Shown here: positions 53,890-62,628 of the stretch, piece after piece | How the letters are laid out: every line of letters begins with the position of its first letter | Position numbering within the stretch: the stretch's first letter is position 1 | NCBI GenBank assembly: GCA_964230645.1 | Contig: CAXRHT010000002.1 | Location: forward strand, 1,184,001 to 1,248,000 | DNA from: Bdellovibrionales bacterium | GTDB lineage: Bacteria; Bdellovibrionota; Bdellovibrionia; Bdellovibrionales; JAGQZY01 | Length of the DNA stretch: 64,000 nt | Reading direction: 5' to 3' | Position numbers and translations under genes: made by a program | Notes under the pieces: generated by a model | Databases searched by the model: none | The model's input: the letters and a program-made list of their open reading frames with translations, nothing else | Told to the model about the DNA's origin: nothing

Positions 53890-54561
53890 TTGAAATTTTT
53901 AACTTTTTTAACCACTCTAATCATTGCAAACCTTAGTTACGCTGGCGGAGGCACACACTTTCCTCCGACAAAATCATTAAATTGCCAAGGAGCTAAGGTG
54001 CAAGCCTGGTCAAATGTAAGCATCAACCATAAAAGTGCCGACCTCGAGTCTCTATTTAATCTCGGTAGCACACCTGTGGTAAAAATCTCTGACCAAGAAC
54101 TTATCGATGGACTGATTGCCAATGAAATTCTGGTACCAAACGGTTTGAAGAATCACAGCAACGAAGGCGAAGCCCAAACACTTTCACTGATCTTTGATTC
54201 TGGACGGGAGTCAAAACAAGCTCACTACGTCAACTTGGATGGGAAAACAGTTTACAAAACTAAGAACATCCTATTGCACAGAAACAGTACGAAGATTACC
54301 TCTCTTCTTGATACTGTGAAAGTTCGTCATCATGTGGAGTTCCGAGGTGAGTTCATTGGAAACGACCAAATTCAACTAAGAATAACAACCATTCGTCCAG
54401 AAATTCGTCACTGTGTGGCCTACGAAACTGTCCCCAACCCTTGGGTTAAAGACGCAACGATGGAAGTCTGTGCTGAGTCCGAACTGGTGAGTGAAGAAAC
54501 CGAATTTGTGGAGTACGAAAACACCTTCAGCTTTGATCAATGCCAACTTAAACAACACTAA
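53890..54561 (+). CDS. Secreted hypothetical protein
   Basis: AAGGAG SD, TTG start, signal peptide ending SYA, 4 Cys. Confidence 0.65.
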   Translation: MKFLTFLTTLIIANLSYAGGGTHFPPTKSLNCQGAKVQAWSNVSINHKSADLESLFNLGSTPVVKISDQELIDGLIANEILVPNGLKNHSNEGEAQTLSLIFDSGRESKQAHYVNLDGKTVYKTKNILLHRNSTKITSLLDTVKVRHHVEFRGEFIGNDQIQLRITTIRPEIRHCVAYETVPNPWVKDATMEVCAESELVSEETEFVEYENTFSFDQCQLKQH

Positions 54562-54582
54562 TTAATAAAGTAGGTTTAGACA

Positions 54583-54617
54583 TACCCTTGGGCCTTTTCT
54601 GCTCAAGGGTGTTTTTT
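54583..54617. terminator. Terminator between the convergent hypothetical gene and ntrX
   Basis: ACCCTTGGGC-loop-GCTCAAGGGT followed by a T-tract. Confidence 0.7.
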
Positions 54618-54637
54618 ATTTGAAATTAGGCGATGAA

Positions 54638-56008
54638 TTAAGATTCAAGCTCGATACCAAAGCCTTTAATTTTGCGGTGAAGGTAGGAGCGCTCAAGACC
54701 TATGGCTTCGGCTGTTTTAGAAATATTACCATTGTTTTCGTTGATTTTTTTAATGATGTATTCTCTCTCGAACATGGCTCTAGCCTCACGGAAACTACCA
54801 GCATCGGTGTAGACGGAACCATTTTCTTTTTGGTTAAGTCCAGCAAAGGTTAAATCATGGACGTCAACGGTATCTTCTGGAGTAAGAATATAGACTCTCT
54901 CAATAAAGTTTTTGAGCTCTCGCACGTTCCCGGGCCAGCTGTGTTTCACAAGCTCTTTAATAGCCTTGGAAGAGAATTTCTTCTCAGGATAGCCCCCACT
55001 CAAACAGGCCTTCTCGCTAAAATGCTGTATCAATTGCTCCACATCTTCTTTGCGGTCTCTTAGAGGTGGAATATCAAAGGGGACCACGTGGAGGCGATAA
55101 TAAAGATCTTCGCGAAATTGTCCCTTACTCACCATGTCCTGTAAGTCTTTGGTGGTGGCAGCAATCACGCGTACGTCCATTTCAATTTGCCGGCTTCCGG
55201 AAACTCTTTGAATTTTATGCTCTTCTAAATATTTAACAAGCTTTGCTTGAACGGCCATTGGAAGATGGTCCACATCATCGAGAAAAAGAGTCCCTTTGTC
55301 GGCTTGATCGAAAGCTCCTTTACGCCCCTCGGAACTTCCAACAACAGCTCCTTTTTCGTAACCAAAGAGTTCCCCTTCGATCAAATCATCAGTTGTATGA
55401 GCACATTTAAAGTCGACAAAAGACTGCCCGGCTCTTGGCGACAAATAATGGATATTCATTGCTACGAGCTCTTTTCCCACACCTTGCTCTCCTTTCACGA
55501 GAACCCAAGAGTTTGTCGGAGCAATACGAGCGATGAGCTCTTTTATTTTTTTGGCTTCATTGCTGTTTCCAATAATGGCCATATTCTGACGAAGCTTATT
55601 AAGAAGACTTCCCTTCTCCATGCGGATGGTACGGACATCAATCAAGTTTTTAAGAAGAATTGAAATTTTATCCATTGAGATGGGTTTTTCCACGAAATCC
55701 CAAGCTCCCAACTTAGTGGCTTCGACCGCGGTTTCAATAGAGCCGTGACCCGACATTACGATAATATCCGGTTTACTTTTCACTTGCACTGAGACTTCTC
55801 GCAAAAGATCCATACCGTCTCGATCACCAGGCATCCAGATATCAAGAAGGACAATGTCAGGCTGGAACTTAGCGATCTTTTTTAGACCCTCTTCGGCATC
55901 CTCGGCTGTATCGACAATATAGCCTTCGTCAGCTAGAGAGGCTGAGAGAACCTCGCGAATGGGAGCTTCATCATCGACGACTAATATTTTCTCTTTCTTA
56001 TATTCCAC
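54638..56008 (-). CDS. ntrX: NtrX-like response regulator (REC-AAA+-Fis HTH)
   Basis: LLDIWMP, MSGHGSIETAV, GEQGVGKE, FREDLYYRL, WPGNVREL, NGNISKTAE.IGLERSYLHRK. Confidence 0.85.
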   Translation of the reverse strand: MEYKKEKILVVDDEAPIREVLSASLADEGYIVDTAEDAEEGLKKIAKFQPDIVLLDIWMPGDRDGMDLLREVSVQVKSKPDIIVMSGHGSIETAVEATKLGAWDFVEKPISMDKISILLKNLIDVRTIRMEKGSLLNKLRQNMAIIGNSNEAKKIKELIARIAPTNSWVLVKGEQGVGKELVAMNIHYLSPRAGQSFVDFKCAHTTDDLIEGELFGYEKGAVVGSSEGRKGAFDQADKGTLFLDDVDHLPMAVQAKLVKYLEEHKIQRVSGSRQIEMDVRVIAATTKDLQDMVSKGQFREDLYYRLHVVPFDIPPLRDRKEDVEQLIQHFSEKACLSGGYPEKKFSSKAIKELVKHSWPGNVRELKNFIERVYILTPEDTVDVHDLTFAGLNQKENGSVYTDAGSFREARAMFEREYIIKKINENNGNISKTAEAIGLERSYLHRKIKGFGIELES

Positions 56009-56109
56009 CAGAATCTCCTCGTATGACCTTCAATTCCTTTTTTACACTAGGCTGACGGCCTTGAATAGACAGCTTTGGCCCTGGGTGTCTAAGTGCTCAG
56101 TTCTGGCCT

Positions 56110-58296
56110 CTAAGCTCGCTTATAAGGGAGTTCGATTAAAACATGAAGCCCTTGGGGCTCATTTCGGCTAAGATGAACGTAGCCATTGTGGTCTTCTACA
56201 ATTTTTTTCACGATAGTGAGCCCAAGCCCTGAGCCGCCTGGACGCTTAGAATAATAAGGTTCAAACATCCGGCGCATCTCCTCGTCATTTACGAACTTAC
56301 CATTGTCGATGACACTCAGGCGAACAAGGCCTTTTTCTGAATCAAGATAAGTTTCAAGGCGAATCTCTGGTTTTTCACCATCCGTGGTGGCATTCACTGC
56401 GTTTTCCACGAGATTGAATACGGCCCGTTTCAGCTGTTCTGGATCAAAGTAAAAATCTCTGAGCTCGTTATCCAAACTCCCGATGAAACGAATGTTACGA
56501 TGGGCGTGCTCATAAAAGGAAATCACCTTTTCAATCAATTCGTTGGCGTTGCCAAGGCGTGCGCGAGTTTCAGGAAGTCTTGCAAACTGACTAAATTCAT
56601 TGATCAGATATTTTAATGAGTCCGTCTGCTCGATAATCATGTTGGTACAGGTTGAAAAGGCTGGATCTTCTATCTGGCCGGAGAACTTTTTCTGTAGACG
56701 TTGGGCTGAGAGTTTAATGGGAGTCAGAGGATTTTTGACCTCGTGAGCGATTCTCCTGGCCACTTCTTTCCAAGCGGCAGCACGCTGACCTTGCACTACA
56801 TCAGTGAGGTCGTCAAAGGCGACCACGCGACCAAGATCATCGCCTTTATCATTGTAAAGGGCCGAGATTTTTAGCATGGAAGGAATGCTACTATCTTTTC
56901 GATCAATAATGATTTCTTTTTCGATTGTATTAAGGCGGTGGGTTTTCATTTTTGTGACCATTTGCCTATAGAGTCGAAAGTACTTTTCATCGAGTACATC
57001 CTGTGCACTTTTATTGATGTATTTTTCTGACTGAATTTGCAGAAGGTCACCGGCTTTATCATTAATCATTGTAATTCGGTCTTCAGAATCCAAAGAGATG
57101 ACTCCGGTATTCACGTTCGACAAAACCACATGCATATAACGTCGTCTTTGATCTAGCTCTTGGAGAGTCGCCTTAAGGCTTTGATTGGCTTCGCTCGTTT
57201 CATTGCGATAACGGTCAAGGGCCAAAACCATTGTATTAAAATGCTCCGCCAATTTAACCACTTCGGTTTCACCCGCTTCGATATTTACTTTTTGGTAATC
57301 GCCTTCCGCAATTTTCTGGGTGGCATCCCCTAACTTCTCAAGAGAAAAAGACAAATGTTTTGAGATGTAGACTCCAAACCAAACCGAGCAGAATAGAATC
57401 ATCAAGGTCATCAAAACTAAAACAATCACGTAAATAGACTTAATCGGATATTCAAGAGGACTCACCCCTCTCATTTCCTCATAGGCCAAAGAGACGTCAT
57501 TCATCTTGGAGATCACAGAAACGGGAATAAAAGAAGAAACGGCCACTAAACCTTTTTCCTCTGGTAAGGGAATCAGAACTCTAACAAGGTTCCCTTGGTT
57601 GAGAGTTTGGATGTTACTTTTTTCGATCCTCTCGTTCATGACCTTTTTGAGGTCCTCAAGCTTTGGTGGAGGAATAATGGGGAAAGTGGCATCATCAACC
57701 AAAGAGAGAATCCTTTCATTCTCAAGGTCTGCGTAATATTCAATCACATCAAGACTTTGCTCTTTACGAAACTCATTGATGATCTCTTTCTTTTTTTCTC
57801 GCTCCTCAACTCCAGTGAGACGCCCCGCCAAGACAAAGGCGGCATTAAAGTTTTTCTTTTTCGCTGTGGAATAGTATTCGTTTTGAATGACCAGTGCACT
57901 CTTCAGGACACTTTGCATTTTATCACTAAACCAGCGGTCGAAACTGGAGTTGATATAAAATAAAGATATGACAAACATGAGGGCTGTTGGAACAAGGCTA
58001 AACACCAAAAAGGTCGCAATCAAACGGGATTTGAGTGAGTTGCCAATGAGTCCCGAGCGATTATTGACGAAAGCTTTAAAAAGATTCCTGAGAATAAAAA
58101 AGCTTAATAGAAGAAGTAGAATTAAGTTGAAATTGATCAGTCCAAAAAAGAATATGGATTGATTGAGGGGAAGCTGCTCGCCAAAACTAAAAATCTTAAT
58201 TTCAAACCAGGCGAGGATACAAAATAGGATCGCCAAAAATAGGGAGATGGTAATTTCCCTATTTTTCTTACGTCCTTCTTTTTCTTTTTGTTTCAT
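56110..58296 (-). CDS. ntrY: NtrY-like sensor histidine kinase (HAMP, PAS, HisKA, HATPase)
   Basis: SFDRWFS, AAWKEVARRIAHEVKNPLTPIKLSAQRL, FSQFARLP, GSGLGL. Confidence 0.88.
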   Translation of the reverse strand: MKQKEKEGRKKNREITISLFLAILFCILAWFEIKIFSFGEQLPLNQSIFFFGLINFNLILLLLLSFFILRNLFKAFVNNRSGLIGNSLKSRLIATFLVFSLVPTALMFVISLFYINSSFDRWFSDKMQSVLKSALVIQNEYYSTAKKKNFNAAFVLAGRLTGVEEREKKKEIINEFRKEQSLDVIEYYADLENERILSLVDDATFPIIPPPKLEDLKKVMNERIEKSNIQTLNQGNLVRVLIPLPEEKGLVAVSSFIPVSVISKMNDVSLAYEEMRGVSPLEYPIKSIYVIVLVLMTLMILFCSVWFGVYISKHLSFSLEKLGDATQKIAEGDYQKVNIEAGETEVVKLAEHFNTMVLALDRYRNETSEANQSLKATLQELDQRRRYMHVVLSNVNTGVISLDSEDRITMINDKAGDLLQIQSEKYINKSAQDVLDEKYFRLYRQMVTKMKTHRLNTIEKEIIIDRKDSSIPSMLKISALYNDKGDDLGRVVAFDDLTDVVQGQRAAAWKEVARRIAHEVKNPLTPIKLSAQRLQKKFSGQIEDPAFSTCTNMIIEQTDSLKYLINEFSQFARLPETRARLGNANELIEKVISFYEHAHRNIRFIGSLDNELRDFYFDPEQLKRAVFNLVENAVNATTDGEKPEIRLETYLDSEKGLVRLSVIDNGKFVNDEEMRRMFEPYYSKRPGGSGLGLTIVKKIVEDHNGYVHLSRNEPQGLHVLIELPYKRA

Positions 58297-58299
58297 TCT

Positions 58300-58767
58300 T
58301 TAAAGTTTATTGATGGAATCAATAACTTGCAACATATCAAGTGCGACTTGGGCGGCCTCAAAGCCTTTATTACCTTTAGCTCCTCCACAGCGGGATTCGG
58401 CCTGTTCACGATTCTCCGTGGTAAGAACACCAAAGGCCACAGGCTTTGAGTATTCGAGCTGAAGTTGTGAGCAGCCCCTTTCTACAGAATTGCAAACATA
58501 ATCATAGTGAGAAGTCTCGCCACGGATAACGATTCCAAGGGCCACGACGGCATCGCAGTCCCCCTTTTCTAAGAGAGCTTTGACCGCCAATGGAATTTCC
58601 ACAGCCCCTGGAACATGCACACGCACCCAGGGTTTTTGGCCTTTTTCCTCGAGACAGTGAATGGCTCCCTCTTCAAGTTTTTTGGTGAGCTTCTCGTTAA
58701 ATAAACTGGTGACAATGGCCACTTTTTTATTTTTTATTGCTTGTTGACCGGCAGATATTAGTTCCAT
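58300..58767 (-). CDS. ribH: 6,7-dimethyl-8-ribityllumazine synthase
   Basis: VPGAVEIP, LGIVIRGETSHYDYV, FGVLTT, GNKGFEAA. Confidence 0.96.
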   Translation of the reverse strand: MELISAGQQAIKNKKVAIVTSLFNEKLTKKLEEGAIHCLEEKGQKPWVRVHVPGAVEIPLAVKALLEKGDCDAVVALGIVIRGETSHYDYVCNSVERGCSQLQLEYSKPVAFGVLTTENREQAESRCGGAKGNKGFEAAQVALDMLQVIDSINKL

Positions 58768-58777
58768 GGGCTTTTTC

Positions 58778-59923
58778 CTAGTTCAAAACTCTTTCAGTGG
58801 ACTTTTTTTTAGAAGAACTGGGGGCTGTTTGTCCAGAAATAACCTCAACAATTTCGAGCCCGAAGCCTTTCAGGCCGATATTGGTGGGCATCTCTTTTGA
58901 AATCAGTCGGATTTTACCGACACCGAGGGAGCGTAGAATCTGGGCCCCGATCCCGTACTCGCGGGGGTCCATTTTTCTTTCTTTCCGAGGCATTCCAAAA
59001 GAATTCACATGCTCTGAGATGACCGAATTAAGACCCTCTTTACGCAGGTAAACGAAAACAGAACTTTCCTCCTCGGACATAGACTCTAGGATCGAGTGAA
59101 TGCGTGAAGAGGAATCATAGCCACCGGCTCTAAAAACATCGCCTAAAACGTTCTCAACTTGAACTCTGGTCATAATGGGTTGATCTTTTTTAATCTCGCC
59201 TTTTTGAATAACTATATTTTCCGAACCATCGAGGACATTCTTATAAATTTTCACACGAAAATCGTTACTGAAAGGATTTTGCAACGGGGCCTCTGCCACG
59301 AGTTTCACGAAGGTTTCATTTTCTAAACGGTAGCTGATTAAGTCCTCAATGCTTCCAATTTTCAAATTGAACTTCTCGGCAAAAACTTTGAGATCGGGGA
59401 AGCGAGCCATGGACCCATCTTCTTTCATGATTTCACAGATCACAGCGGCCGGGTTGAGGCCAGCAAGTTTTGCTAAATCCACACTTCCCTCGGTGTGGCC
59501 CGCTCGCCTGAGCACCCCACCTTTTTGCGCACGAATGGGGAAAACATGACCTGGCATAATGACATCATTGGGTTCGGCATTGGGGCTTGAAGCCACTCGA
59601 ATGGTGTGAGCGCGGTCAGCCGCAGAAATTCCCGTGGAAACTCCCTGAGAAGCCTCAATACTGACTGTAAAAGCCGTTTTGTTGGGCGAGTTGTTTGATC
59701 GTGGACCGACCATCAAGGGAATCCCTAAGCGTTCAATTTGCTCGGCGTTTAGAGCCAGACAAATCAAACCTCTGGCTTCTTTGGCCATAAAATTGACAAG
59801 CTCTGGAGTGACGAAGTCAGCCGCAAGGACGATATCGCCCTCGTTTTCACGGTCCTCATCATCAACTAGAATGACCATTTTTCCATTGCGAATATCTTCA
59901 ATTAACTCACTTGCGCTATGCAT
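58778..59923 (-). CDS. ribB: DHBP synthase fused to a degenerate GTP cyclohydrolase II domain (RibBX-type)
   Basis: DDEDRENEGD, TGISAADRA, PGHVFP, GHTEG; the C-terminal domain lacks the zinc cysteines. Confidence 0.92.
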   Translation of the reverse strand: MHSASELIEDIRNGKMVILVDDEDRENEGDIVLAADFVTPELVNFMAKEARGLICLALNAEQIERLGIPLMVGPRSNNSPNKTAFTVSIEASQGVSTGISAADRAHTIRVASSPNAEPNDVIMPGHVFPIRAQKGGVLRRAGHTEGSVDLAKLAGLNPAAVICEIMKEDGSMARFPDLKVFAEKFNLKIGSIEDLISYRLENETFVKLVAEAPLQNPFSNDFRVKIYKNVLDGSENIVIQKGEIKKDQPIMTRVQVENVLGDVFRAGGYDSSSRIHSILESMSEEESSVFVYLRKEGLNSVISEHVNSFGMPRKERKMDPREYGIGAQILRSLGVGKIRLISKEMPTNIGLKGFGLEIVEVISGQTAPSSSKKKSTERVLN

Positions 59924-60515
59924 TCCATTCTCCCTGAGAGTTCAATAGGCCCTTCATATAATAATCTGTTTCAATATTGATCCAGTCACCCGGCTGTAAA
60001 TGTTCAAGGTTGGTTTTTTTAAGAGTTTCAGGAATCAAGCACACTGAAAAACTCCCATTCTCCACTTCATTGACCGTAAGACTCACGCCGTTGAGGGTAA
60101 CACTGGATTTCTTCCAAAGTGTTTTCTTGTAACGCTCGGGAAGATCAAAGTTTAAAATGAGGCACTCCCCTTCCATCTTTCTTTCTAACAATTTGACTTG
60201 CCCGTCGACATGTCCGGAAACGAGGTGCCCATGGATTCGGTCTCCAAATTTCAAGGAGCGCTCAAGATTCCAGATCATGGACTGTAGAGTTTCAACCGTC
60301 CAGCCCGTGATTTGTAAAGTTTCAAAGCCAACCGTAAAGTCCATAAAATTTTGGTCGAAAGACTCCACTGTCAGACAAACTCCATTACAAGCAATGCTAT
60401 CGCCTTCTTTAATGTCATCAAAACTTGAGGGTCTTTGCATTCGAACCTTGATGGCTTGTTCCCCTTGATGAACTTCCAAGCTTTTTGCCTGCTCCTCAAT
60501 AATGCCAGTGAACAC
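59916..60515 (-). CDS. ribE: Riboflavin synthase (alpha chain)
   Basis: GTG start (M)FTGIIEE, SIACNGVCLTV, NLERSL, GHLVSGHVDG, LIPET. Confidence 0.95.
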   Translation of the reverse strand: MFTGIIEEQAKSLEVHQGEQAIKVRMQRPSSFDDIKEGDSIACNGVCLTVESFDQNFMDFTVGFETLQITGWTVETLQSMIWNLERSLKFGDRIHGHLVSGHVDGQVKLLERKMEGECLILNFDLPERYKKTLWKKSSVTLNGVSLTVNEVENGSFSVCLIPETLKKTNLEHLQPGDWINIETDYYMKGLLNSQGEWNA

Positions 60516-60683
60516 TTTCTTCCTTTCAAAACCACGGCCCGCCTGGGCCTTATCAAATTTTGGCTGGAGAATAGGTTTTTTGATTCGTATTGTCAATTGA
60601 AGGCTGAGTGGAATTCGAAAGTTATTTTAATAGTTTATAGTTGAGCTAAGAACTCCACGAGAAATCCTATAGTTTTTACAACA

Positions 60684-61616
60684 CTAGTCGTTCTGAGGGG
60701 TTGAGTCTTGTTCCTGGAAAGGTCTTTTCTCAAGGGCCAGAAATTCTCCAAGAGAGGGAATATCACCCCCACAGTGATGACTGGTGGAGGGGCGCCAGTT
60801 GACCGAAACATTTTGATCACGCAGAGCTTTTACAAATTCCTGTGTGCCCTCGAAAAGCCCAAATTGATCATGAAGGCCGGCTGAGACATAGTATTGTTGA
60901 TGTCTAGCAATTCCTTGGCTTTGAACACGCCGGAGTGGAGAGAAGCGCTTCCATTCTTCATCATTTTCAAAGTACATGCGACCTAAACCTAATATGGTAA
61001 TAAGGGATTTTGGAGTGGCTCCCGTGCGACCGAGGAAATGATAGATTTCACCGATACCCGCATAAGGCGAGAGATTAAAGATCGGCGGACAAAGCAGAGC
61101 GACTTTAGTGAAATGGTTTTGAAATTCTAAGGCTAGGCTTAAGGAGTTCAGAGCCCCCATCGAACCACCCACAAGAAATCGCCTCGATGGAGCTCCCAGT
61201 TGTTTTTCAATGGCCGGGAAGACTTCGTTTCGAAAGCGCTCAATCAATCCTGTTTTTGGTTTGGACATTTTGGGAGTTGCTAACCACACCGGCCCGAAAG
61301 AAACAGTGATGACAACGGGAATTTCTTTTTGTTTTTCCTGCCAATAAGATTGCAATAAAGCTGGATAATCAGTTCCTTCGAGCCAATAATTTTCACTCTG
61401 ATCTTTGCCGTGAAGAGCGTATAGATAAACGGCATAGTTGGTGCGTGCGTTGGTATGGACACAGTAGGTCCAATCACCCTCGATAAAGCATTCTTTTTTA
61501 GGCTGAATAAAATTGACGTGAGGCCTTGAGAGTCTTTGACGCCCGAGGGCCTGGTAGGTTCCGTAACCCGCCAGAAAAATCACGTAGAGATAAAAGAGAT
61601 ACTTAATTATTTTCAC
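60684..61616 (-). CDS. Alpha/beta-hydrolase (esterase family)
   Basis: YALHG, GGSMG nucleophile elbow, G.HD, C-terminal His. Confidence 0.82.
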   Translation of the reverse strand: MKIIKYLFYLYVIFLAGYGTYQALGRQRLSRPHVNFIQPKKECFIEGDWTYCVHTNARTNYAVYLYALHGKDQSENYWLEGTDYPALLQSYWQEKQKEIPVVITVSFGPVWLATPKMSKPKTGLIERFRNEVFPAIEKQLGAPSRRFLVGGSMGALNSLSLALEFQNHFTKVALLCPPIFNLSPYAGIGEIYHFLGRTGATPKSLITILGLGRMYFENDEEWKRFSPLRRVQSQGIARHQQYYVSAGLHDQFGLFEGTQEFVKALRDQNVSVNWRPSTSHHCGGDIPSLGEFLALEKRPFQEQDSTPQND

Positions 61617-61686
61617 TTGAATCGCTATTAAAACGGCATTTCACAAATTTGTAAAGCAAAGCTCCGTTCTGACTCACCCGTTTAGA

Positions 61687-62133
61687 CTATCTTAGGAGCT
61701 GCAGCTCTATTACTTCTTGAGGGCTCGAACCTTCCACGAAAGATTGGCAATCCTTCGAAACATCAAAACTGTATTCATAAATATATTCGGACGAATCAAA
61801 CTTTAAAGTGTAGGCGTAGTGGATGTGGTTCCAGGTTTCATCTGTTTTGTAGAACTCTACGATTTGTTCTTTGTACACCGAGCCCTCGGGACTTAAATTT
61901 CTAAACGAAACAGTGTCTTCGTCACTAAGAGTCAGAATAAGCTCTTCGGTTTTCAAAAAACTTTGAGTCTGAAAACCAGTGAGTTCACCATTTTCAGTAA
62001 ATAGAAGTTTTTGAGTATTTTCCCATTGAATTTGAAAAACAGTTTCCCCTACCTGACAGCTCAGTTGAGGAGCGTCCTGGGCTCGTGATAAAGACCCGAG
62101 AACCATTAAACTAAGAAAGATAATAAATTTCAT
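61687..62133 (-). CDS. Secreted hypothetical protein
   Basis: Signal peptide MKFIIFLSLMVLGSLSRA; acidic, two Cys. Confidence 0.6.
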   Translation of the reverse strand: MKFIIFLSLMVLGSLSRAQDAPQLSCQVGETVFQIQWENTQKLLFTENGELTGFQTQSFLKTEELILTLSDEDTVSFRNLSPEGSVYKEQIVEFYKTDETWNHIHYAYTLKFDSSEYIYEYSFDVSKDCQSFVEGSSPQEVIELQLLR

Positions 62134-62206
62134 AAATCCCTCACTTTGGGTGAGTTGTACTACAGAACTTTGAGCCCTAAATGGTTAAAAAAAATTGCTG
62201 AAAAAC

Positions 62207-62626
62207 TTACAGTCTTTCTTGGTGTAGCGTGAACTCGTATATGTGAGGGTTGTTTTCGTAGGAGAATATCCAAGGGACATTGGGAGAAACCTTAAACTCA
62301 AAGCTTTGTTGGTTCTCACAGGCCGGCAAATAAGTCATATCCATATCAAGGATCTGAGTGCAGAAATAGCCCACGCCCCGGTAAAACTCTCCGACCCTTG
62401 TGACAATAATTTCCAAACTCCATGATTCTGAGCTGATATCACTTCCCACAGTTATCATGGCTTTACTGCCCAGCTGGGTCGTGATGGTTGGCTGGGCGAC
62501 AATCTCCGAGTCTTTCCAAACTTTTCCTGTCATTGTAACGATTTCGCTTTTTTTCTCCGCTGGAAAAATAGCATGCGCAAATAGAGGTAAAACTAAACTT
62601 AGAATTAAAAAACAATTGCGAAACAT
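62207..62626 (-). CDS. Secreted protein homologous to the C-terminal domain of the upstream M56 peptidase
   Basis: AAGGAG SD, start MFRNCF 2 nt after the M56 stop; signal peptide ending AHA; ungapped alignment to the M56 C-terminal domain. Confidence 0.8.
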   Translation of the reverse strand: MFRNCFLILSLVLPLFAHAIFPAEKKSEIVTMTGKVWKDSEIVAQPTITTQLGSKAMITVGSDISSESWSLEIIVTRVGEFYRGVGYFCTQILDMDMTYLPACENQQSFEFKVSPNVPWIFSYENNPHIYEFTLHQERL

Positions 62627-62628
62627 AC

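Noticed and set aside
13779..60596. Long N-terminal extensions in the ORF track for rpsE, rplP, rplW, fusA, rpoC, rpoB and ribE
   Set aside because: Artefacts of taking the first possible start; homology, and in most cases SD position, supports the downstream starts used here
60516..60683. FMN riboswitch upstream of the riboflavin genes
   Set aside because: No RFN consensus (AGGGCGGGGTGAAATTCCCGACCGG-like) is visible and the leader is short
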